From contig NC_087436.1 of the NCBI RefSeq assembly GCF_036321535.1, forward strand, positions 113,772,001 to 113,836,000: a stretch of DNA of 64,000 nucleotides, in the 5' to 3' direction. Shown here piece after piece: positions 50,251 to 63,805 of the stretch (the stretch's first letter is position 1; every line of letters starts with the position of its first letter). The notes below the pieces were generated by a model, which was not told where the DNA came from, did no database searches, and saw nothing but the letters and a program-made list of their open reading frames with translations. This DNA is from Camelus dromedarius. Its lineage: Eukaryota. A program made the position numbers and the translations under genes.

Positions 50251-53200
50251 ATGACATCATCTTTCCATTGTCATTTTGTGCCTCTTAATCCAGGCACAGA
50301 CCAGAACTGTCTATAATCCTTGACTGGTCCTTTGAGGCATTTAGCTATTACCAAAATACCCTCAGGTCTCCTAATTATCATCTTAGAATATTGAAAATCA
50401 TTTCTGAGATGCTTCAATCCTGGGTTGATTTTCTTATCTGATCCAAAGGTCAAATTATTAATCCAGGATTCATATGCGACTTTGTATGTTTCTTCACCCT
50501 TAGTGTTTCTATCTCTGTAAATTTGTAAAAAAGAAGAATGCCAGTAAAGGAAAGACAAAACAATGCCACACACACTGATTCATTCCTAGATCCAATAGTC
50601 ATCCTATGATACAGAAAGAGAACATTTTCACTGATTTATCGCTTTGCCAATTACAAAGTGATTTAGTCAGGTTTCATTACAGCTTTGCCATTGTGAAGAA
50701 GCAAGAGGAAAAGTTTTAATTTTTTAAAGGCTGATCTTGCTGTATTTCATCTAAGAAAATTGGAAACCACCAGATTTTTCTCTAAAAAGTTTTAAGGGAC
50801 TCTCCAGAACTCAGTTTCCCCCCCACCTCTCTTGCCCTGCGAAGCTCAAGATGGGGGATGGGGCGACTTTGCTTTTTCTTAAACTATTTCATGTGGGTTG
50901 AGAAGATGACTAGGTTATCAGGGAGGGATACAAAAAATAAATCTGTACTCAAATGCTGTTGCTAACAGTGTTCACTTTTCAGTCCTTTACAGTTTATATA
51001 GCACAATTTGAATTTATTTTCACATTAACCACTCTGAGGTAGATATTAATCCTATTTATTTAGACGAATAAACTGAGGGTCAGAGAGGTGAAACAGCACA
51101 CTGAAGGATCCAGAATTAAACACCCAAAAACCTGAGCAAATACTCTAAATATTGGGGATGAAGTTGTGTGATGTGATGATTTTACACACAGTAGCTCATG
51201 TCACCCTGCTAAGAGTCTGAGATCAGACCTATGCTTCCCTTTTGAAGATTGAAGACACAGAGGCTGCAGGAATTAGGCAGCTTCCCCTTTGCCATCCAGC
51301 CAGTGAGGGGCAAAGCCAGGGGGTGAATCCTGGGCTATCTGCCTCTAGAACAAGACCCATGGGGCCAGGTGCATTTCTTTCTTGGAAATCAGGATAAAGT
51401 CCAAAGAGTTCACGAGGAGAGTTTAGTTTTCTTGATGAGAGTGTGTCACTGTGGCCACAGCAGGATATTGAAGCCACTTCCTCAGAGCCCAGGGCGTTAA
51501 AGAGGGCCCTGGGTGACAGCGGTACCCAAAGAGGCAGATGGACTCCCTGGGGCAGCCTGTTCTGAACGCGTTAGATGGAAATGCTTTTGAACACAGAGAG
51601 TTCATGTGTCAACCCTGCAGACCTCAGAAGAGCCCAGGCAATTCACCTCGAGGGGGTTATGTGTACATGTTCTCTCTGCAAAAAGGAAGCGTTTTCCCAT
51701 GAGGAGCAAGATACAAACTTAGCCTCTGGGAAGCTGAGCTGGAAGAGACCTTCACAGAAGCCACAGCGGGGCAGAGGACTACCTTGTCTGTTGCAGAGGA
51801 GAGACTACCAAGGATCCGTCCCTTTGTTGGCCATTCTTTCCACAGCTTCAATTTATCTCCTCTGTTCTCTCTGTGGGAGTCTCTATGGTTTATTTAAGAA
51901 ATGAACTCAGTGCCCCAGGAAAAGCTTCTGAATCCAGAATGGAGTATGGCTGGAAACTCAGAGGCCTCCTCACGGGTTACCAGTCTGGGGGATGTTGGGG
52001 CCTCATGTCTGTTCCATGTGCCAATTAAATTGCAAGAGTCCTGACTGTGGGGGAATCATGGGCATGGGGCTCAGTCCTGGCCCCAAACCACTAAGCCTGG
52101 TTTTTATGAACTGCTTACAGCTTTCCACTAGCCTCTTTTGTTCTGAAAAGGGCCCTAGTAATCTAAGTAGCAACAACATCCAATATTACCTACATGTGCC
52201 CCTAAATTTGTTCTCACCACTCGTCCCTCCTGAGTGCCAAAGGCCTGAGAACTTTTTAATAACTGCCCTGATCATCAATTTCGTGCAATTTAACAGAGAC
52301 CACACATCTGCCTTCTTGCAGCCTGTCTGTCTCTGTGTCTGCTAAGATCCTTTGTTTTCCCCCTTACACCAAAATGTGTACTGGATTTAGACTGGCCCAA
52401 AACAAATTATTTTTTAAAATTTACATCAATAAAGTTTTTAAATTTTTCTCCCAAAATCACATGTGCTGTGTTAGCTTTATCTCTAGACACTTGATCTTTT
52501 GTGTAGCTTTTGAAAACGGTGCTGCTCTTCTAATTGTTTATTATGGCCTGTGGGGACATTGTGGTAACATTTCTATACCTTCCAATGGCATTTAGTAGAT
52601 GGTCTATGCATTCTTTTGATTATCTACATCCATAATCCAGTAGTCTGTTAATATTGAGAACAATTACTTGTTCCCTTGGGTACTGACTTGGAGAGTAAAT
52701 TTATCTGTAAATTATTTAATTTCGGGGAGACTCAGATTCCCCATTTTCAAGTTGTGATTGACACCAATTCCCAAGGTGAACTGGGAAGATTTGTAGAGTT
52801 AATGCAGCTCAGGTATGTGGTTCAGAGTGGCTCCTGGCCTGGGATGAAACTCAGCCATGTGGCCACAGCCAGCTCTATGGAAGGCCAGAGAGTGTAGCCT
52901 AGCTGTGTGCCAGGAAGAAAAGGAGCAATGTTCCAGTCTTTCCACAATTCTTGTATTCCTTCTTCTCATTTGTAGAGATTTGATTTTTGCTTTTTTTTAA
53001 GATTTTAATTTGGATCTAATGGTCTCATATTTTCTGTTGTAGATTTTCCTTTCAATGGCATCTTTGTGGAAGGGAAATTGGTAGGAAATAGAGAAAACTA
53101 AATTAAACTGGAAAATACTTTAAAAATAGATCTTTTAACACTTTAATCTCTATGTTCCCAGAAAAAAAATATTTATACATACATGCACAGATTTATATGT

Positions 53201-53809
53201 ATGGAGGTCAGACAGAAGTATAAAGGATTAATAAAAGAATTATCATGGATTTTTCAGCTCAAGTCCAAACTTAACAATTTTGGCCCCAGCTTTAGACTAG
53301 AAAAGAAAACTAACTGAGCTTAAGAGACAAACCAGTAACCAACATGAAATTGAAGATGTATTTACAAGCAGTGTGATATTAAAGCACATCGCCCCAGGTG
53401 GGTTCAAAATGAACAAGTCTTCACAAAACACATGGCTGCCTAGCAAATCCACTGATGTCTATGTCACGACGTGTGGCTCCGTGCAATGCTCAGATGTCCT
53501 CGAATGCACTGTCCGTAGAGTGCCACACTCTGCAAAATACACAACCGTACATAATGAAGCCCAAAGATTTGCAACGCTTCATGCATAACTGTCTGAGAGA
53601 TGCAGGGCTTCCTGCCAAAAAGCATGCATCGTTTTCACCAAGTACACATTTATATTCAAAATACAGATTTGTCCACTGGAATACACAGTGTTCTTTGAAA
53701 CTGTCAGCCACCCCCTCAGTACACAATAGTAAGGCTTACAGTCTCCTCGGCTTATACTCAAGTCCCGGGAGTGGAGTGCAGACCGGGTGCCACGCACAGT
53801 GTTAGATGT

Positions 53810-54000
53810 TTGTGAGCAAGTGCTCACTAGTTCTGAGACTGTCCAGCATGATTCCCTGTTACTGTCTCCAACTTACAGATGAGGAAATGACGGCTCAGAG
53901 AAGCTTGGGAAACTTGCCAGAGATCACCCATGCTAGGAGGTAGACTGTTTGTGAACTAAGCCCAGGTCTGACTGCAGAGGCTGTGTTTTCTTTTCCTCTA
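53810..54000 (-). mobile_element. MIR SINE
   Basis: TTACAGATGAGGAAATGACGGCTCAGAGAAG...AACTTGCC...CCCAGGTCTGACTGCAGAG. Confidence 0.8.
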
Positions 54001-54249
54001 CCTTGCGATGAGTACCTAAGTGAATAAATTCTAGGCATGAAAAGGATTAGGACAAAGACCTAAGTCAGGAAAGCAGTAGACATATTGTAGAATCAGAAAG
54101 CAGTTCATCTCTGTACCAGACCAGCTGGCACATAGGAACCGTGAAAAGGAACTAGTGAGGAATAAAACTGAAAAAGTAGGTGTGTTCTTGGGGAGCCATA
54201 GTAGGAATTTCTGAACATTAGGAGATCTGCACATTTTTTTTCTGCTCAG

Positions 54250-54640
54250 GTACTTAGGGCATAGTATCAGAGGAACATAAGTTCCAGTACTGACTACTAT
54301 TTATTCACTGTGTTCCCAAATGGGTTGCTTCATTTCTCTGCATCTCAGTTTCCTTATCTTTAGCTAATAATGGTATCTACTGATGAGATGATAAGATAAT
54401 GAAACATTATTACCACCATTATTAATGAGGGATCAGATTTCAACACAGTAACTTTATATATAGGACAGCATACAGGATCTGGAGTCAAGAAATGTTGAGT
54501 AAATTACTATATTAACTAATTGCTGATTATATGGTTATTCACAGATAATCTCTTTGGCTTCAATTGACCCACATGCGAGATGGGGATGAATATAAGGCAT
54601 AGCATGTCCACCGTGCAGCCTTGTGAGAGTCAAATAAAAT
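54250..54640 (+). mobile_element. Two adjacent MIR SINEs
   Basis: TCTCTGCATCTCAGTTTCCTTATCT and GGATCTGGAGTCAAGA...TTGTGAGAGTCAAATAA. Confidence 0.65.
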
Positions 54641-54727
54641 CACAAGGAACAAAAGACACCTCCCAAGGTGGAAATGTTCACCCTGTGGCATTACTTCTCA
54701 TACAATGTGTTACCTGGGGTTCTTCCT

Positions 54728-54842
54728 GTGGATGCCAACTGTCCTCATATCCCTGAAACTGAGGGGTTTTCTCTGGACACGGGACTTTCAGTGCTAAAAC
54801 TCTGGGACTATCCTGAGCAGACTGGGAAGTTATTCTTCCCCA
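54728..54842 (-). mobile_element. MER81-like hAT-Blackjack MITE
   Basis: CCAACTGTCC...ACTGAGGGGTTTTCTCTGGACACGGGACTTTCAGTGCTAAAAC; reverse-complement homolog of 18723-18826. Confidence 0.8.
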
Positions 54843-55292
54843 AGGATCAGAGAAACTAAAGGGACAATGAAAGGAGTTTGCTGTGGACAGAACCACAGAT
54901 AGGGTTTCAGTAGAACCTGATGCAGATACTGGCTTTACCAAAGCAAATATTTACAACAGTGACTTGTTGAAATGTAGCAGTGGTGTTTTGTTGCTCAGTT
55001 ACAGATACTGGCCAAGGTCTGTCTTCACCATCAGCAGACTCTGGGGCACGAAATGTTTGGTTGGATAATGAGCTGCCACATCAAATTCACATTTCACATG
55101 AGTCAACTTCAGACCTCAATATTCATCACTCTTTCAGGATGCAACTCCTTAACCCAGTCAACAACAAATATATTAATATCAGTAAGTTTATATATACCTA
55201 ACATTAAAAGCAGAATAGGATATATCTTGCAGGAAAGCAGAATGACTTTAAAATTCCTGATCTGTTCTCTATAATTGTATTAAAAATAAATC

Positions 55293-55392
55293 TTTTTTTT
55301 TTTTTTTTTGATGGTGAAGTGTAGGTATAGTTTATTTGTAGGATGCCAAACAAAGAGAACAGGTAGCTTGTGCTCAAAAGAACCTAACTCTG
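55293..55392 (-). mobile_element. Polyadenylated retrocopy of an LTR-like 3' end
   Basis: Minus strand TTCTTTTGAGCACAAGCTACCTGTTCTCTTTGTTTGGCATCCTACA-AATAAA-(21 nt)-A17. Confidence 0.6.
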
Positions 55393-55479
55393 CTTAGAAA
55401 CTTTGTTTTTATTTATTTTTTTCTATTTATTCTAGTTCCGTGGTTCTCAAACATTAGAACGCATAAGAATTACCCTGCA

Positions 55480-56385
55480 TGGAAAATATACAAAACTGTG
55501 TGTAAATCTTTATGAAGGCAATTTAAGTGGTTTTCAGAGGTAATTCTTGACTATCAGGTTGTATTAATTCTAAGTTTCATCTTTTCATATGTCAATATCT
55601 GAAATCCATATATAGCTTATAAAACAATGGAACTTTACAATTTTATCAGTGAATTTTATTTTGCACCTTTTAGTGGTGTAGAGGATAATAAAGCTTCTTA
55701 AAGTCAATTGTGTATTAAATTCAATAAAATATGTAGACTTCACAAGAAAATTCAGGATAATTTTGGAGACATTGCTTTTATGTATGTTTAAGCACCACTC
55801 TTGCTCATCCAAAGTTTGTTTCCATTATGTTTCTTTTTTCCAGTAACTTTCAGGATCTTCTTATCCTTGGTGTTTTTAAATTTCATAGTGATGCTACAAA
55901 TGAGAGTCATTTGTTGTTTCCCTTTATTAGACTTAGCCTCTTGTTGGCCTTTTTAAAGTGAAATTCCATGTTGCTCAGCTCTTATGGATTCCCACCTGCT
56001 ATTCCTTTCATAATTTCCTTTTCAGCAATTTCTCATCCTACAACTCCTTTCAGTTATATGTTGGATCTTAAGGGTGATGCTTATGATTTCTTCTTTCTCA
56101 TTTCAGATTTCTTTTTATTTTTATTATTTGAGGAAGATGAATTTAATCTTTCTAATTTTCAATTCTTTATTGAATTTTTTGTTTTGACAATTATATTTTC
56201 AATTTCCCAAGTTTTTTTTTTTCCTCTAGTTTTCTAACTGTCTATTTCTTTCTGCTTTCCTGGCTGCAATGCATTTCCTAATATTCTTGAGGATATTAAT
56301 CATAGTTGTTTTTAAGTTCTAGTCTTCAAATCATCTGATTTTTTGAGGGGGTTATATTTTTCTTATCTTGATCTTTCTCTTTTGT
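55480..56385 (-). mobile_element. Old L1 ORF1-region remnant
   Basis: T-rich antisense L1-like motifs TCAGGATCTTCTTATCCTTGGTGTTTTTAAATTTCATAGTGATG and TTATATTTTCAATTTCCCAAG. Confidence 0.6.
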
Positions 56386-56387
56386 TT

Positions 56388-56945
56388 TTCTGTTAGCTAC
56401 TGCTGCACAACACACTGCTCTGAAACTTAGTGGCTTGAAACAACAATTTATTGCTTCTAATGGTTCTGTGGATTGACTGGGCTTAGCTAAGCAGCTACTG
56501 CTTTGTGTCCCTCATAAAATTATAGTCATGTAACAGCTGAGTCATAGAAATGATTTATTATTCTTGGAGTCCAAAGTGGCTTCTCCATTCACATGTTTGG
56601 GTCTTAGCTGGGATGACTGGACTAGCTGGTGATGACCAGAAATCACTCTTTCTGCACACAGACTCCCCACATGGTTGGCTTAAATTTCCTCACAGTGTAA
56701 TAGGGTAGTGTCTAAGGGTAGTTCAATTTCTTTTATGACATATGGCTTACACCAACACGACTGTTTCAAGGGTCCCAAGCAGAAACTTCAGGGATCTTTG
56801 CCTAGCCTCATCTAGTCCCCAAATTTCACTTCTGTTAACATTGTACTGGTTAAACAAGTCATAAAGGCCAACTTAGATTAAAGGGGAGGGGAATAAAACC
56901 CAAATTCTTGTTTAAAGGAGTAGCATGTTTACACAAAGAAGAAAG
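56388..56945 (-). mobile_element. MLT1G/H-like MaLR LTR
   Basis: AAACTTAGTGGCTTGAAACAACAAT...TTCTGTGGATTGACTGGGCTTAGCT...CAAGTCATAAAGGCCAACTTAGATTAAAGGGGAGGGGAA. Confidence 0.82.
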
Positions 56946-56949
56946 TATT

Positions 56950-57108
56950 GAGAGATTCAGATTTCAATTCTTTGGGGTATATACCAAGATATAGGATTTC
57001 TGGATTATACGGCAGTTCTATTTTTGATTTTTAAGGAACCTTCATACTGCTTTCCATAGTGGCTGCAGCATTTTGCATTCATACCAACAGTGTGCAAGGG
57101 TTCTAACT
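56950..57108 (-). mobile_element. L1 ORF2-end fragment
   Basis: GGCAGTTCTATTTTTGATTTTTAAGGAACCTTCATACTGCTTTCCATAGTGGCTGCA. Confidence 0.85.
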
Positions 57109-59049
57109 GGAACTTTTCATTACTTTCTATTCTCCAACTACCATGGCCTTGTTCTATTTCTCAACTGTATCACAGAGACAGGTTTTTTCTGTCTTATCTC
57201 CTCTTTATTTCCATAGTTCAAGTCAAACTGCTTATACCTGTTAAGATCCTATGCATTTATATTTTCCTGTCATATCATCATATGCTTGTTCCCATGTCAT
57301 TAGAGTCTCTTTCGAAACATTATATTTAATGACTGTTCTGTTCTGTTCATGTGAATTTCCCTGATATGATGGATTCTCCCTATTTTCATGCTATTACAAA
57401 AGCATCATTTTTGGAAGAAAATATATGTGCAAATATCTAATTTTTAAAATATTTTTATGATAGAAAAGTGAACAGAAATTATTTCACACAACAATTTCCC
57501 CATCTTGGTTTAGTAATTGTGTTTCCTGTATTGGTTGTAAGAGTACTGTTAAAATGTTTGCTTGTTTGTTTCTTTTCCCAAAAATGGGCCAGAAGCAATA
57601 TTTTAGTCCCTTCGTATAGGAGATTGATTTTCTGTGCTTCTCTCATAAAAGACTACTTGTTAAGGTAAAGGATTCTTGGGTCATGGCCATTTTCCCTAAA
57701 AATTCACCAGATGTTTCTCTGTTGACTTCTGTACTTTTAAACAGGAGGTCTGAGACATTGATTTTATTCCTCTGGAAGTAACCTACACTTATCTGCCCTG
57801 GAGGGTTATGTAATTTTTCTTAATTTTTTAAATTACTTTTTAAGTGATCAGAAAGTGACACTATTATTGTATTTTCTTAGAATGTAATGAACTTTCTGCT
57901 TTCTATTTTCAGATATTCCTTCTTATAGGAAACTTTAATTTCTTATTGATGTTAAGGCCTCTTCCAAAATTCCACATTATTTTTTTGGTCAGGTCCTCTC
58001 TTCTCCAAACTTCTAATTTTCTTAACCATAATTTTTATGCCTTTGTTTATTTGTTTTATTCTGGGAGATCATTTTCAGCTTTTACTGTACATTAATCTGG
58101 CATTATGCAATACTGGTTCTGTTAATTATTACATCCAAAGTAGAATTTAATTTTATATTGGGTTTTATTGTCACCTTTGTGTCTCACACAGATCTCTTCA
58201 CATTGTGCTTTATTATTTACTCTGCTTACTGTTTTCTTTCAGTGTTCAGCTTTCTCTGATATTCAAAACCACCAAGGTTTCCCTCCTTCTCTTTTAATCA
58301 CAGCTTCTGAGGATATATTCACAATAATAACACTGTGATCTGAAAGTTGGAGAAATGGAAACTTGAAGTATGTGGAAGTTTTATGTGGTACCACCTTGGA
58401 GAATATATTTACATTATAATTAGTGATATTTGGGAGATAAGAATTCAAATTCAGATCAGCTTCTTAGTTCACAGGGTCTGGTACTGATCAAGTTTTGCTA
58501 GTGATAATGCCTCATATGAGGATTAAATGAGTTTTATAGGTTGAACCAAAGAAAGGAGAGATTATTAGCAAGCATTAGAGAAAAACAAATAAGATTCAGA
58601 GTTAAGAAGAAAAAAGACAGATAAAACAAACAGAAGGAAAAAATTAGTTTTTGTTATTGCCACTTTGGTGGGAAAAAATGAGTGAAAATACACAAGTGCT
58701 TTTCTGTCTGCCAGCAAGTGGGGAGCTGAGCTTGGGTGGGGCCTGAGGAGGCAGATGGGGACCCGTGGACTTCTGGTTTTCTCTGGAGTGGAATTATCAT
58801 GTCATTCCTGACCATGGGTACTGAACTATATATGCCCTCTTCTCTTTCTTTCAGTGATTCATTGAGTCATTCAACAAATTTTGGGGGCCCAGTGATTATT
58901 TTAGTGTAAGAGAAATGTAATATTGCTCCAGGGAAAATTGTGATTGATCTTTAATCTGAAATATTGGTTTTATAACCCTACTGCCAGGGACTGTCTACAT
59001 GGTTTGATGCATGGATGGTCATTTCTAGTGTGTATGTGATGGAAGTGGA

Positions 59050-60360
59050 GTTTAATATAGAAGGTGATCTAATAAAATCTCTACTGATTTCAGTCCTTGT
59101 CTCTCCAAATATAATCTATTATTAGTTGCTTTCAAGAAATACAATGGTGATACTTTAGTGTCTTTCTCTTACCTAACCTCTCGACATCATTTAACCCTGT
59201 CAGCTGTGCCTTTTATATAAAACCTTCTCAGTTCTTACCCTCTATGATGTTATTAGAGGTCGGATACTGCTTTTTGTATTCCCTCTCTGCCTTCTCGCTT
59301 TGTTTTTCTTCTTCTATGTCACCAATAGTTTCTCAATATTCAGTTTCAGGCACAATCTTTTGCTCGCTGTAACTCCCATAGCAGACTTAGATCCTACTCA
59401 TCTCCTTGGCTTTAGCTATACTCAGGCAACTCTCTAATATAAATTTCAAAGCCCATGACTATCTTTTCAAATCATGAGCATTATATCTAAATGTTTACTT
59501 GACATGTATTCTTGTATTTGTTAAATGTACTTCAATCCTACAGTCCAAAATGAATTACTTCATTATTCTGCAATAAACTTGGATCTATTTTACCATTCTT
59601 TATTTCACTATAAAACTAAGCCATCAATTGAGTTAAGAAAGCCAGGAATCTAGGAATCATCCTGATACAGCCTTCTCTCTCTTATACATAATCCATCATC
59701 AAATACGGTCCTCCTAAATATTGCACAAATAATCCCACTAGTCCTAATTAACTTCCATCTATTTAGCAGTGGCATTCTAGCCGGTTTACCACCATCCATC
59801 CATCTCTAGAAACCCATCTGAAGCCTTTTAAAAACATATCTGCTCACATTCCCGATATATCCAGTTAAGGATTTTCAGGCATTTCTCATAATTCAGAAGA
59901 CAAAGGCAGAACTCCTTTCTGTGACTCATGAGGCTATGCCTACCTCCTCAAGCTCGTCTTCCTCCATCTTCTCTTTGATCTGTGAGCCCCAAGAACATTG
60001 GCATTCTTTCGGTTTCCTCTACATGCCTTGCTATCCCCTGGCATAAAGCACTTGTCCTCTTCAACCTCTCTTTCTTCCTTTTTATCTTCCATAAATAGAA
60101 TTATCTTTCAGATTTCAGCTCAGACCATCACTCTCATAGGAAGCTTTTTCTGGTCTCCTGCTGAGGCCAACTTGTACCACTCTTCGTTCATGTATCATTT
60201 TGGCCAGGAGAAATGCTATGCTTGCTTGTACAGTCATCTCATGTTTTGCATGCTGATTTCATGAGGGCAAGGACCATTTTGCTCACTCAACATCTATTTT
60301 GGTACATGGCCTATAGTAAGATCTCAAAAATGTTTTGTTACAATAATAATTGATGAATAA
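59050..60360 (+). mobile_element. L2 LINE, long decayed fragment
   Basis: AAGCCAGGAATCTAGGAATCATCCTGA...ATTCAGAAGACAAAG...TTCATGAGGGCAAGGACCAT...ATAGTAAGATCTCAAAAATG. Confidence 0.8.
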
Positions 60361-60634
60361 TAATACAATTAACTGCATTTAAAATGTAGCGCCTCACAAT
60401 CTTCAATGCATAGTCACACCTGATATTGATTCTCACATATTGACCCCATGAGCATCTCAGAGCAGAGATAATTGCCCTCACTTTCCGGATAGGGAAGCTT
60501 ATTGGTATATTGCATTTCCATGGGGACCAGTAAAAAGATGCTTGGCTCTGCCAGGCCCTGAATCTCTGCAGAAGCAGGAAGACTGCTGGGTGGGTTACTC
60601 TGCACTTCTTGCTAAGAAATTAACATTTTTAAAA

Positions 60635-60800
60635 ATAGCTATCAGGTCTTAAACACGCTGCTAGACACTTTTCAGTACATTCTATCATTAAATACCCTTA
60701 TGATATTTCCAAATAGATATTATAAGCCATATTTTATACATATGAAAATTAAGATTCAGAAACCTTAAGAGACTGGCCAAGGTCACACAGCCCTCTCTAG
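60635..60800 (-). mobile_element. MIR SINE
   Basis: CCATATTTTATACATATGAAAATTAAGATTCAGA...CTGGCCAAGGTCACACAGC. Confidence 0.75.
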
Positions 60801-61799
60801 GAGCTGTGAAATTATTCCCCATTAACTGGAGATTTTGATGTTAAGCTAGTAGGACACAGGCTATAACAGGCACATGTTTATTCTGGGAGATTCTATTTGT
60901 CAACTTATAATCTATTTTACCTCCACTGAGATGAACCCTCAGAGCCAAGTAATAATGCTTTCCCCTAAAGCCAAAGTGATAGCCTTATTTGAGATGGGTT
61001 GACAGATTTCTAATTCTGACAGAGGGCCCCTCCTCTTTCCCTTTGCTTTGTTCCCAGTTCCTTTAGTATAAGACGGGAGAAAAATAAATAAATCCCTGGG
61101 CATCGATCATGCTGTGATTTAATATATTTCTGATGCTACGTATTCCATGGAAATAGACAGAAAGCTCGATTGGCATCAACTATTAAATGAGTTCTTAAAA
61201 CTCAGGGCTGTGACATCAGCCCTGAAAAGGACAGCACAGAAAACAGAACGCTTGCTTTGTCGAAGGAACATGAATGCAACAGAGCTTTGCTGTAACAACG
61301 GTGTTTACGCCGGAGTGTTCATGGAGCCGCATGCAGCAGAGACTGGTGCTGGTGGCCATGGAGCTATTATTTTACTACCTCATAACTTATGAACAGTTCT
61401 TCTTAAATGAGGCTTTGGATATTGAAATAACTGGTACGCTGAACACATATGTGGGGAGATGAACCTATCATATATGCTTGCTGATCAGACAGAATCAGAA
61501 ACCAGAGCATGTTAACAAATCCCTTAAGCAACCGATCTTTTTATTTTTACCTGGGGAGGAAGAATTATGCAGTGGAATGAGTTTAGGCTCCAACATCAGA
61601 TTGAACTTGTTTTGCCTCTATGACCTATCATGGACAAAGTGCGTAATACTGTACAATCATTGGAATTCCAGAGATAAAATTTTCCAGTTTTTCAGAGATT
61701 GGAGAGGTGGCTATCCTGAATATAAAGGGTCTAACTCCCTACCTTGATGTGCAATTAGCAGCCTGTGGAGTCTTAGACAAGGATAGTAGTATTAATGAC

Positions 61800-62010
61800 A
61801 TATTGATATTGGCATATTGCTAATAACAGATGTTGTAAATATGTCCTGAGCTGTGCTTTATCTCACTGAATTCTCAACACAGCTGTGAGGTTTGCAGATG
61901 AGGAAACTGAGGTTGGGAAAAGAAAGTGCCTTGGCCACGGTGTGTCATAGCCACTAAGTGTCAGAGCTGCAACTCATATCTTGTTTGATTACAGAGCCAG
62001 GGCTCTCAGT
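61800..62010 (-). mobile_element. MIR SINE
   Basis: TTTGCAGATGAGGAAACTGAGG...AAGTGTCAGAGCTG...ACAGAGCC. Confidence 0.8.
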
Positions 62011-63612
62011 TTTCACATCTTCAAAATGAGGGTAAGTTAGATAATTTATTTTCGGGCATTTAAAACGCATTTAATATGGGTTGAAATAGATGATTATTCT
62101 TCCTCAGATCTACACAGGAGCTCTTTCTGGGACGTTTATTTGTACTGGAAAGGGGCAGTCCTCCCCAGAAATCTCCATTGCACACTCTTCTCTGGAAACT
62201 TCTGTCTGGGGTAGTGGACTAAGCACCCCACTAGAACATGGGTAGCCAGGAGCTGAGAGATGCAGAAAAAGCTTTCCTTAGCACTTATCCAGAAATGAGC
62301 AAACTTCTGTCCAGGGATATCTTTGCCCCTGTGTGTTATCCTGAAGTCTTTTGGGTTTTTTTTTTGTTTGTTTGTTTGTTTTTTTGTTGTTGTTTTGAGT
62401 CACCTACTCTCACAGCTCCTCCACCTCTCACCCTCAGCATTTATTAGCATTTATTATCTATTTCATTCAACTCTATTGCCCTTGAGAAGCTGGGAAGAGG
62501 AGAAGAGTTCCCCTGCACCCATTTGGCATTTTTGTTAAGAAACTTTTTATCTGCCCAGTGCTGTTAGATTGTATCACCTGCAATCCAAGAGTTGAGAGTT
62601 TTATCAGGATAAACAGCACATTATAATCTCCTTTCCTTTCTTCTAATTGCCTGTCATCCTATGTGATTTCCATCAAAACACTCTAGAATTTGAATAATTT
62701 GATCTTTTCAGCTTACGTGAAATTCCGCTTCAGCTTCCTTTCCAAGAGTCACTCCTATGATTACACCTCAAACTATGTCAAGACCCAGAGCTGTTCCATC
62801 TCTGGAATCTTGAGCTCTAATAGTAAAAAACTTTGCTCAGCCTCCATGACTTACACATTTCTCACTTTCTTTAAATCTACCACTTCTGTTCATTTACTCA
62901 AATAGTCCTTTGACCCTTTTATCTCTCTATCTTGCTCAGACTGTAAGGCTTCAGGTGTTCCCTGAACAAGCTGGACTTTGTTTTTGATCATCTAAATTGT
63001 TCTTTTTAAAAATTTTATTAGCAACCCCACCTCCATGGCACCCTTGCCTTCTGCCACAGCTACCCAGCAGCATCCCAAGTCTGCATTTTTCCCATATTTC
63101 TTCTTCTTCTTCTTAAAATTAGGCAATTGAAAGAAACACTAAGAATATCAGAGAGTATGATGGAGAAAATGGCAGTGGTCACTGTACTCCAGCCCAGCAG
63201 AGAGTCCTGTCACCATTTTGCTTAATCATTCTTGATAATTGTGCTTGTTCATGGTTTGGTTCCACTTCCAGAAACTCTTGCAAATCATCATCGTTTTCTT
63301 GAATCATGACTCAGTTAATAACCACCTCCACCCATGTAAAATAGTCCTCCCCCTATAGTTCATCGAGATTATAAAGCCTTCAGACATAAATAACCTTATT
63401 CTCATCCTCTCCCACTCCCCACACACTGAAGTATGCAACCACCTTCCTCTCTAGACATCTTTTCTTCCTCCTCTCTGGCTCAAGCATGAATGTCCCTTCT
63501 GCTGTGCATCATTGACTCTTACACATGGGGTTTCCATCCTTTCCTCCAGGACCCTCTTTCATCAACACTGGTGCCAAGAACTAGGCTTTTGCATTATTTA
63601 TTGATTACTTCT

Positions 63613-63805
63613 AAGTTGATCAGCAAACTATGGTGCCAAGGGCCAAATCTGGACTACCACCTGCCTTTGCAAATAAAGTCTGATGGAAAAACAGCCACAC
63701 TACAATGGTAGAGTTGAGTAGCTGTGGCAGAGACCCCGTGGTACAGGCCACAGGGTCTAAATTATTTACTCTTTGGTCCTTTACAGAGAGTTTGCCAACT
63801 GCTTA
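63613..63805 (+). mobile_element. MER58A-like hAT-Charlie DNA transposon
   Basis: TCAGCAAACTATGG...GGGCCAAATCTGG...GCAAATAAAGT...AGAGTTGAGTAGCTGTGGCAGAGACC...CCTTTACAGAGAGTTTGCCAAC. Confidence 0.88.
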
